From contig JBKHIT010000073.1 in assembly GCA_046538485.1 (NCBI GenBank), forward strand, positions 1 to 20,814: a DNA stretch of 20,814 nt, written 5' to 3'. Origin of the DNA: Candidatus Brocadiia bacterium. Its GTDB lineage: Bacteria; Planctomycetota; Brocadiia; SM23-32. The notes below the pieces were generated by a model. It saw only the letters and a list, made by a program, of their open reading frames with translations. It did no database searches and was not told the origin of the DNA. Shown here one piece after another: positions 7,894 through 14,818 of this stretch. Made by a program: the position numbers and the translations under genes. Positions within the stretch are counted from its first letter, which is position 1. Each line of letters opens with the position of its first letter.

Positions 7894-8096
7894 AAGTATT
7901 ATGTAACCCCTTGCCAATAAAGGTCTTGCAATTATATCTAAATGTTCACTGTGCGGGGCGAACGTCACATATCGGAATATTCCTGCCCACTGCCCCGTCA
8001 CATCCCTCTGCAAAGCCTCTCAGATTTGCGCGGAAGCATTGTGGCCTTAGCCATGGCTGGAAGACTCCGGGAGAAATGCTTTCGGGGACTCCACGC

Positions 8097-8125
8097 TTGA
8101 CAAATCAGGTTATAAAGCATACAAA
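8097..8125 (+). promoter_or_regulatory. Candidate sigma70 promoter for the GyrI-like/AKR genes
   Basis: TTGACA, 17-nt spacer, TACAAA. Confidence 0.55.
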
Positions 8126-8183
8126 TATGTTCTTTCCTGACTGAACATTCATCCAGAATCAATCCCACTTTCAGGGGACCACA

Positions 8184-8690
8184 ATGGCCGAAGTGCAGTT
8201 AAAAGAATTGAGATCTCTAACGGTTATGAGTCGGTCTTTTACGGGCTCATACTCCCAAACAGGCGATCAGCTTGACGAGTTGATGGCGTGGCTTCTCCGT
8301 GCAGGGCACCCCTACAGCGAGCCCCCTCGAACCATTTTCTACGACGATCCCGAAGAGGTGCCAGAAGAAGACCTCAGGGCGGAAGTATGCCTGCCCATTG
8401 AAGAGGAATGCGAAGCCCGCGATGAGGTGGAGCGCAAACGCTTAGAGGCAGGCACGTTCGCCTGTCTCATGCACGAAGGAGCCTATGAAGGAATCCGCGA
8501 TAAGTACGAGCAGATCTTTGACTGGATCGACGAAAATGGTTACGAATACATCAAAGAGATGGGCGTCCGGGAAGTCCTGCACACGATAATCGGCGAAACA
8601 CAGGAACAGGAAGAGCTCCTGACCGAGATTCGTGTGCCTGTTCGCGAAACTGAAACCGGCGAGGAAACGGACGAAGAAGAGGCGGAATAA
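8184..8690 (+). CDS. GyrI-like small-molecule-binding domain protein
   Basis: Pattern GSYSQTG...L.AW...IFYDDPEEVPEEDLRAEVCLP...HEGAYEGI...YEQIFDWIDENGY...RE...TEIRVPV is typical of the GyrI-like/AraC effector-binding fold. No HTH domain. Confidence 0.85.
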   Translation: MAEVQLKELRSLTVMSRSFTGSYSQTGDQLDELMAWLLRAGHPYSEPPRTIFYDDPEEVPEEDLRAEVCLPIEEECEARDEVERKRLEAGTFACLMHEGAYEGIRDKYEQIFDWIDENGYEYIKEMGVREVLHTIIGETQEQEELLTEIRVPVRETETGEETDEEEAE

Positions 8691-8738
8691 GGACATAACC
8701 ACAAGGTTATGTCCGGCAGCGAGGGAACGGAGAGAAAG

Positions 8739-9728
8739 ATGGAATACCGCAAGCTCGGTCGCAGCGACCTTGAAGTCAGCGTCGTGGCAATGGGATGCTG
8801 GGCAATCGTCGGTGACAAAACCTGGGGCCCTCAGGATGAAGACGATGCCATCGCGGCCATCGAAACGGCGTTTGAGAACGACATTAACTTTTTCGATACC
8901 GCTGAGGCCTACGGGGACGGTTATTCTGAAGAACTTCTCGGGCAGGTTCTCTCGCCGCATCGAGAAGAAGTCGTAATCAGCAGCAAAGTCAGCGCTTCGA
9001 ACCTCAAACCTGAGGATCTACGCAGTTCTTGTGAGGCAAGTCTGCAACGCCTCCAAACGGATTATATTGACGTCTATCACATCCATTGGCCCACCCCTGA
9101 GCGACCAATCGACGAAACACTCCGGACGATGGAAGGCCTCAAAAAGGAGGGCAAAATTCGGGTGCTCGCCTGTTCCAATTTTGGTCCCCGCGATTTAACA
9201 GAACTGCTGGACCACGGCCGGGTAGAAGCCAATCAACTTTCTTATAATCTTTTGTGGCGAGCGATAGAATTTGAATTGCAGGAAATTTGCATTCAGCATG
9301 ACATCAGCATACTCGCTTACTCTCCCCTTGCTCAGGCATTGTTGACAGGGAAATTCGCGTCGCCTGACGATGTCCCAGAGGGTCGTGCCCGAACGCGCCA
9401 TTTTTCTAAAAAGCGACCGCAGACCCGCCATGATGAACCGGGCGCGGAGGACGAAACTTTTGCTGCCGTTCAGGCCGTGCGCGAAGTTGCAGAACAGCTC
9501 GAGGAACCGATGGCCGACGTCGCGCTGGCGTGGCTCATCAGTCGACCGGGAATGGCCAGCGTGCTGGCCGGGATGCGTAATGCAGAACAGGCACGTCAGA
9601 ATGCAAGAGCCGGAGAGCTTCATTTGCCGGAAACAGCCATTGAACGGCTCTGCCGGGCGACTGATCCGTTGAAAGAACGAATGGGCACAAACATCGACAT
9701 GTGGCAAACCGAATCGCGTCTGCATTGA
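8739..9728 (+). CDS. Aldo/keto reductase (IolS/YhdN-like)
   Basis: MEYRKLGRSDLEVSVVAMGCW, FFDTAEAYG, SSK, SLQRLQTDYIDVYHIHWP, SNF, YSPLAQ; the D/Y/K/H tetrad is present. Start ATG 8739 follows GGAGAG. Confidence 0.93.
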   Translation: MEYRKLGRSDLEVSVVAMGCWAIVGDKTWGPQDEDDAIAAIETAFENDINFFDTAEAYGDGYSEELLGQVLSPHREEVVISSKVSASNLKPEDLRSSCEASLQRLQTDYIDVYHIHWPTPERPIDETLRTMEGLKKEGKIRVLACSNFGPRDLTELLDHGRVEANQLSYNLLWRAIEFELQEICIQHDISILAYSPLAQALLTGKFASPDDVPEGRARTRHFSKKRPQTRHDEPGAEDETFAAVQAVREVAEQLEEPMADVALAWLISRPGMASVLAGMRNAEQARQNARAGELHLPETAIERLCRATDPLKERMGTNIDMWQTESRLH

Positions 9729-9790
9729 ATCCAGGAAGCTAAACCCGGCATTAAAACCGTATTCCGACCGGACTCACAAAGGGGATTTCT

Positions 9791-10828
9791 ATGGTCAGTA
9801 AGCCCTTTCGCAATGTTCTATTGGCATTCTCCATTCTGGCATTGGCGGTGGCTCGCTCTCCTTCAGCAGGTCTAAAAGAATTCGTCATGCCTGTCGTTTC
9901 GCCAAAAGCAATCCCCGAGATTGACGGAGAAGTCAGCCGTGATGAATGGGCCCGGGCAGTTTCCCTGACCGGCTTTTCCCATTTCGAAACCCGGCAAATC
10001 GGTCCCAGGCCGGCACATGCCTTCTTTGTCGCTGACAGGAAGAATTTGTACTTTGCTCTCGTCTCGCCCCTCAGCTCAAAAGGGAGAAAACCCAAGGCCC
10101 ATAAATGGAATAGAGATAGCCTTCAGGAAGCTTTCAAGGACGAGAGAATCGAAATTTCGATTGTCCCCCCCAAATCACATAAACGGGGATCGTTTTATCT
10201 GATGGCAAGTTTTTCAGGAAGCATTTACGATCACCGACTGAATCCTGAAACCGCTAAGGAAGATAAAGGATGGGACGCCAAATGGGTGCTGAGACAAAAA
10301 GTGGAAGGCGATAAGTGGCATTTTGAATTAAAGGTACCGCTTACCGATCTTGGCCTTCCGGAAGGTCAGCCGCCCGGCGGCATTTGGAAGTTGAATATTT
10401 CAAGGGTCTGGTCGGGATCAAAAAAGAACATATCCGGTCTGAATTGGGATCCCCACAAAGGGGCAGAGGTGCGTTTCATACCCGGAGCTCCTGCCCTCCA
10501 CATGGAGAAGCTCGGGGACCTCTGTAAGGGAAAACTGGATCTGCTGTTTTCCATCAATTCCTCTCCTGCAACATCGGAGGGCAAAGAAATCAGCAACCCT
10601 GAGGAATTGGAAATCACGTGTGTGGTGCGGGACCACGAAACCGGCAAAACGCTCGTTCGCGAAAACAAGACGCTGGCTTTGAAAGATTCCGGAAAGGCAA
10701 AAATCGGGATTAAAAAGGATTTTCAACCGGGCTCCAAAAACCAACTGCTTTTACTGGTACGAGATGCGGACGGGGGAACGAATTACTATTTTTCCAGCCT
10801 TGATTTTTCCGGATCAGACGGTCCGTAG
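9791..10828 (+). CDS. Secreted hypothetical protein with a CBM9/DOMON-like sugar-binding domain
   Basis: N-terminal signal-peptide-like segment, then PEIDGEVSRDEWARA, DRKNLYFA, DERIEI, WHFELKVPLTDLG and WKLNISR, which resemble CBM9-like modules. SD AGGGGA. Confidence 0.65.
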   Translation: MVSKPFRNVLLAFSILALAVARSPSAGLKEFVMPVVSPKAIPEIDGEVSRDEWARAVSLTGFSHFETRQIGPRPAHAFFVADRKNLYFALVSPLSSKGRKPKAHKWNRDSLQEAFKDERIEISIVPPKSHKRGSFYLMASFSGSIYDHRLNPETAKEDKGWDAKWVLRQKVEGDKWHFELKVPLTDLGLPEGQPPGGIWKLNISRVWSGSKKNISGLNWDPHKGAEVRFIPGAPALHMEKLGDLCKGKLDLLFSINSSPATSEGKEISNPEELEITCVVRDHETGKTLVRENKTLALKDSGKAKIGIKKDFQPGSKNQLLLLVRDADGGTNYYFSSLDFSGSDGP

Positions 10829-10870
10829 GTTTCGATCGAGCTGACCTCCATCACCGAGCACTTCTACAGC

Positions 10871-11380
10871 TCAATCCTCTTCGGGTTTTGTGGGCGGGGA
10901 ACCACCGGGGACCCACCCTTTTTTGATGTCGACTTCTATATCCGTCTGGCTCAGCAGCTGTTGCGCCAACTCGTCGGGATAATCGTTGACGGCCACAATT
11001 CGTTTTATTCCACAGTTAATGATCATTTTAGTGCACAGAACACACGGGACATGGGTGCTGTAAATAGTTGCCCCTTCTATTCGAATGCCATAGCGGGCGG
11101 CCTGCAGGAAAGCATTCTCCTCCGCGTGGAGTCCGCGGCATAATTCATGCCGTTCCCCGCTTGGAACATTGTATTTGGTGCGGAGGCACCCAGTTTCAGC
11201 ACAATGGGGCAGCCCCATGGGGGCTCCGTTGTAACCGGTGGCCAGAATGCGCTTATCCAGAACCAAAACGGCTCCTACCTTCCGGCGGAGACAGGTCGAA
11301 CGTTGAGCAACCACGCTGGCTATTTGCATAAAATAATCGTTCCAGCTGGGACGCTGGGAAGGATGCGATTTGTCATTCAT
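10871..11380 (-). CDS. Deoxycytidylate (dCMP) deaminase, ComEB-like
   Basis: [48 protein letters not shown] lies upstream of ATG 11380. Confidence 0.93.
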   Translation of the reverse strand: MNDKSHPSQRPSWNDYFMQIASVVAQRSTCLRRKVGAVLVLDKRILATGYNGAPMGLPHCAETGCLRTKYNVPSGERHELCRGLHAEENAFLQAARYGIRIEGATIYSTHVPCVLCTKMIINCGIKRIVAVNDYPDELAQQLLSQTDIEVDIKKGWVPGGSPPTKPEED

Positions 11381-11533
11381 CAAGTCACCTCTGCTTCATC
11401 GTAGAAATGCCGAAAAAGACCAAAAAGCAAGAAAGGAGAAAGGAATTCCGCCGGGAATACACTTCACCAAAATCTTCGCTCTGGCCCCCTAATAGTTCTC
11501 CGGTGCCATCTATGGCAGTGTTTCCTTACTGCC

Positions 11534-11977
11534 CTACTTCTCCCGCGCTTCTTCCTGTTCCACCGCTTTGCGCAACTGCTCCAGGTAGTAAGATACGACC
11601 AGACCGGTCGGCAGTGCAACAACCAGAGTAAGGATAACAATCACTCCCACATCCTCAGCGACATTAGCCGGCTTGGTCATTATTGTCTCAACAAGAGTAT
11701 ACAGCAACCCCGAAATCAAGCTCACCGCCGGGGCCGTCACCCACGCCAGACGCCCTCCCACCCAGGCGCTTAAAAATATCAAAAAGAACAGAAAATATAC
11801 GTTTTCACGGAGAGCCAGCAGGACTGGATTTCCCCTGAGAAAGCCATGGTATAAAAAAGACAAAACAACGGGCAGGAACAGTGTAAGAACCACAAGCGTC
11901 AATATCTTGAATACCAATAACAGGTGGCCAGATTCACCTGAGGTAGAATTCTCCAGATCCTCGTCCGGGGATCTCAT
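11534..11977 (-). CDS. Hypothetical membrane protein, about 4 TM helices
   Basis: Four long hydrophobic stretches with charged termini. ATG 11977 is preceded by GAGGGG, and this start removes the overlap with the upstream gene. Confidence 0.7.
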   Translation of the reverse strand: MRSPDEDLENSTSGESGHLLLVFKILTLVVLTLFLPVVLSFLYHGFLRGNPVLLALRENVYFLFFLIFLSAWVGGRLAWVTAPAVSLISGLLYTLVETIMTKPANVAEDVGVIVILTLVVALPTGLVVSYYLEQLRKAVEQEEAREK

Positions 11978-12086
11978 AACTTTTCCCCTCTTCAACAAAC
12001 GAGTTGTTAGCGACAATTCACGAGCCGGTCCTGTATTATACCGGTTTCCGAAAATTTCGCATCCGTTTCTCAAAATAAGCCACGAT

Positions 12087-13001
12087 TCAATCGATTTGGA
12101 GTATTGTAACTTCCGGGGGACAGAGCAGTCGGAAAGAGGTCCCAATCCCCGTTCCAACGCCATTATTCACCGTAAAAACAGTTTCATCTTCCCGGAAAAT
12201 ACCTCGCGCCTGATACCTCGGGATATTGGACCGGGTGAAAATAGCCCCCATCAGCGGAAAGCAGACTTGCCCACCGTGGGTATGCCCGAAAAAAGCCATT
12301 TCGGCTTTACGGTCCGCAATTTCTGGGAGTGCGTTCGGACAATGCGCGAGAACGAGAGTCGGGATATCCTTCCCCAAATCTTCCCAAGCGCCATCCCAAT
12401 CAATTTCAAAAGCAAAGCTATCGCGCAACCCGACAATCCCGATTCGGTCGCCGGAGGGCAGCCGCACAATTCGGTTTTCATTTACAAGGACTTCCACCGA
12501 ACGCGCGGCCAAACCAGCACGCAATTCTTCTACGGGATTATCTTTCCGCCGTTTATTCTCTCCGAGTGAAATTCGATGCAATGACGTATATTTGCCGAGA
12601 AACTCCGGGCAGTAGAAATGATCGTGAGCTCCGAGAACTGCAAAAGAACCGATTTGTGGGCGCAGCATCTCAGCCAAAATGAAACAGGAAGACAGCCCTC
12701 CAGGTCGTTCCAAAATATCTCCGGTCAAAAAAGCAAAATCATAATGTTCGGAAGCAACACGCCGCAAAAAATCCAGTTTCTTATCATCCCGCCCGGAGAA
12801 ATGTGTATCGGTGACGTGGAGTACCGTCAAAGGCGGTACCCGCCCGGCCGATACAGCAATTTCACCCGAAGATGGCTCCACCACACACGGGCAATGGACC
12901 CGCCAAACGCGAAAACGCTGCGGTTCAATGGCAATCATCCAGAACCCAAGCAGCAAGCCGGCCACTATCGCCAGAGCCACTCCTATCCATAACCAGGACA
13001 C
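12087..13001 (-). CDS. Membrane-anchored metallophosphoesterase (YkuE/YaeI-like calcineurin fold)
   Basis: N-terminal TM, IEP, TDTH, TGDI, LGAHD, LAHCP, GHTHGGQ, C-terminal G.G...FRLLCPPEV. GTG 13001 has AAGGAG 6 nt upstream. Confidence 0.9.
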   Translation of the reverse strand: MSWLWIGVALAIVAGLLLGFWMIAIEPQRFRVWRVHCPCVVEPSSGEIAVSAGRVPPLTVLHVTDTHFSGRDDKKLDFLRRVASEHYDFAFLTGDILERPGGLSSCFILAEMLRPQIGSFAVLGAHDHFYCPEFLGKYTSLHRISLGENKRRKDNPVEELRAGLAARSVEVLVNENRIVRLPSGDRIGIVGLRDSFAFEIDWDGAWEDLGKDIPTLVLAHCPNALPEIADRKAEMAFFGHTHGGQVCFPLMGAIFTRSNIPRYQARGIFREDETVFTVNNGVGTGIGTSFRLLCPPEVTILQID

Positions 13002-13036
13002 CGAATACTCCTTTGTTCTTAAGTGGTTGTTCGGGT

Positions 13037-13066
13037 AGTGTAGAGGGAAGATCAGCAAAGCGTCAA
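13037..13066 (-). promoter_or_regulatory. Candidate sigma70 promoter for the metallophosphoesterase gene
   Basis: Minus strand TTGACG, 18-nt spacer, TACACT. Confidence 0.55.
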
Positions 13067-13144
13067 TGAAACCGGCAAGAATTGGTCCGAACTTGTCTAT
13101 TTATCTCGCTTATCTGCTTTTAAAAACTCGCAGGAAACAATTTA

Positions 13145-13621
13145 ATGCTTATTAAACTCGCGCTTCTACTGACCGTCGTGCCCATCGTCGAACTTTATCT
13201 CCTGTTCCGCATTGCAGGCTGTACAAGCGTCGGTTTCACAATTCTCCTGATAATCACGACCGGGATTGTGGGGGCTTTTCTGGCACGGATAGAAGGCTTG
13301 CGGGTTCTGAATAAAATACAAAAAGAACTCCATGAACAAAACCTGCCGGGGGATAGCCTTCTCGACGGGCTGATGGTGCTGGTAGCAGGGGCTTTTTTGC
13401 TCACACCCGGCGTTTTAACGGATACCTTCGGATTTCTCATGCTGATCCCCTTCACTCGATCAGCAATACGAGTCCTCCTCAAAAACTGGTTGCGACGGAA
13501 GATTCAAAATGGTCAGATTCAAATGTACAAGGACGCTGGCTTTGGACCAATTCAGGAGGAGCCACCTGATGGTTATCCTCCTGTTGAACAGGACGAACAT
13601 ACCGAAGGCAATGGAGAATAA
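13145..13621 (+). CDS. fxsA: FxsA-family inner membrane protein
   Basis: VPIVELYLL, TGIVGAFLARIEG, LLTPGVLTDTFGFLMLIPFTR signature. Confidence 0.92.
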   Translation: MLIKLALLLTVVPIVELYLLFRIAGCTSVGFTILLIITTGIVGAFLARIEGLRVLNKIQKELHEQNLPGDSLLDGLMVLVAGAFLLTPGVLTDTFGFLMLIPFTRSAIRVLLKNWLRRKIQNGQIQMYKDAGFGPIQEEPPDGYPPVEQDEHTEGNGE

Positions 13622-13743
13622 TTAGAATATTGGCCATGGCAAAATACGATTTTCAACTCAGGGAGGCAAGGGGCACGAATGATCTCTCAACAATCGAACA
13701 TCGCGAGAAATTTCCGGGAATGTCAGGCACAGAGGTGTAAATC

Positions 13744-14676
13744 GTGAGCAGACCGCCCCAATCCGGCCCGACGGCCGTTGAACTTGCGCGCAAGGCCCGC
13801 ACTCTCAAAATACAAACACAGCGGAGCGTCAGAGAACGTCTGGCTGGAGCTTACAAAACTGCTTTCCACGGCACGGGGCTGACGTTCGAGGAACTGCGCC
13901 ACTATGAACCCGGGGATGAAATCAGGCATATCGATTGGCGGGCCACAGCTCGGTTTGGAGAGCCATATGTGCGCCATTTCGAAGAAGAGCGGGAACTGAG
14001 GGTTTTGTTTGCTTTCGATATAAGCGACTCGATGGGAAACGCCGCAGAAAGTCTTTCTGCCCGCAATACGGCCTGCAAAATCGCCGCCATGCTTTCACTC
14101 TCTGCCGTCCGCGGCGGAGATCGTGTTGGCGCTTTGTTTTTCGGCGGGAACGATGTGCTGCCGGTGGCCCCTCGAAAAGGAGATCGCCAGGTCCTTCAAA
14201 TCCTCCGCCATTGCCTCTTCGAAAAATCTTCCGCTGAAACTACTGACCCCCGAGGTGTTCTTCGAAAACTGCAGAATCTTCGTTCTCATGCGGTAGTGTT
14301 TCTGATCAGTGATATGTTCTTCAATCCCCCGCTCACCAATCCATCGGTACGATCGCTGACTCGAAAAGTAGGACGCCGGCATGAGGTCGTTGCGATCTCG
14401 ATATATCCCCATTGTATAGCAACGTCACGGAAGGGAATTATTCTACAAACCAGTGATCCTGAATCCGGCAAAAACACAAATATCGATCTTTACGGCCTCG
14501 GAAGGGACAAATACCTCCGGCGCCAAGGCCAGCGCACCAAAAATCTGGACAAAACCCTGGCAGCTTTTGCAGAGGGATGCGTCTGGGTCGAAGCCGGTAA
14601 TAATCCCGAACCCGCGCTACGCGACTTTTTCGGTTTAATGGCTTCTCGCAGGCCGCGCTCAGTCCGAGAAGAATAA
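13744..14676 (+). CDS. DUF58-domain (VWA-like) protein
   Basis: GTGLTFEELRHYEPGDEIRHIDWRATAR, PYVRHFEEERE, MIDAS-like DISDS, DRVG, FLISD. GTG start follows GAGGTG. Confidence 0.92.
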   Translation: MSRPPQSGPTAVELARKARTLKIQTQRSVRERLAGAYKTAFHGTGLTFEELRHYEPGDEIRHIDWRATARFGEPYVRHFEEERELRVLFAFDISDSMGNAAESLSARNTACKIAAMLSLSAVRGGDRVGALFFGGNDVLPVAPRKGDRQVLQILRHCLFEKSSAETTDPRGVLRKLQNLRSHAVVFLISDMFFNPPLTNPSVRSLTRKVGRRHEVVAISIYPHCIATSRKGIILQTSDPESGKNTNIDLYGLGRDKYLRRQGQRTKNLDKTLAAFAEGCVWVEAGNNPEPALRDFFGLMASRRPRSVREE

Positions 14677-14701
14677 ATTGGGAAAACTTTCGGATTTATG
14701 G

Positions 14702-14731
14702 TTGACACGGTCAGGGAAATGGAGCTAATAT
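14702..14731 (+). promoter_or_regulatory. Candidate sigma70 promoter for the sigma54 activator gene
   Basis: TTGACA, 18-nt spacer, TAATAT. Confidence 0.5.
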
Positions 14732-14742
14732 GATTTTGTGGG

Positions 14743-14781
14743 ACGGGCTCCACCACTTTGCGGGAACCCGTGCAGTTTTTT
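14743..14781 (+). terminator. Terminator-like hairpin
   Basis: ACGGGCTCC...GGAACCCGT stem (one mismatch) followed by GCAGTTTTTT. Confidence 0.35.
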
Positions 14782-14818
14782 GGCATTTTCTTGAGCAGAA
14801 ACCAGGACAGGATACTCT

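Noticed and set aside
7882..7909. Canonical dif site
   Set aside because: TTATGTAACCC partly resembles the XerD arm, but no XerC-like arm ending ATAA lies 6 bp upstream.
11407..11631. Lys-rich 74-aa plus-strand ORF
   Set aside because: It arises from a purine-rich intergenic tract and overlaps the membrane protein gene in antisense, with no good SD.
11673..12569. 298-aa plus-strand ORF
   Set aside because: Antisense to two better-supported genes, with no recognisable domain.
13145..13621. fxsA as part of an anti-phage system
   Set aside because: FxsA is a widespread membrane protein named from suppression of F exclusion of T7, and no defence genes are adjacent.
13636..13740. 34-aa ORF MAKYDFQ... 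between fxsA and DUF58
   Set aside because: The nearest SD-like GGAG is about 19 nt away, and there is no other support.
14781..14796. Sigma54 -24/-12 promoter TGGCATTTTCTTGAGC
   Set aside because: The GG-to-GC spacing is 11 nt rather than the required 10, and TTGC is absent.
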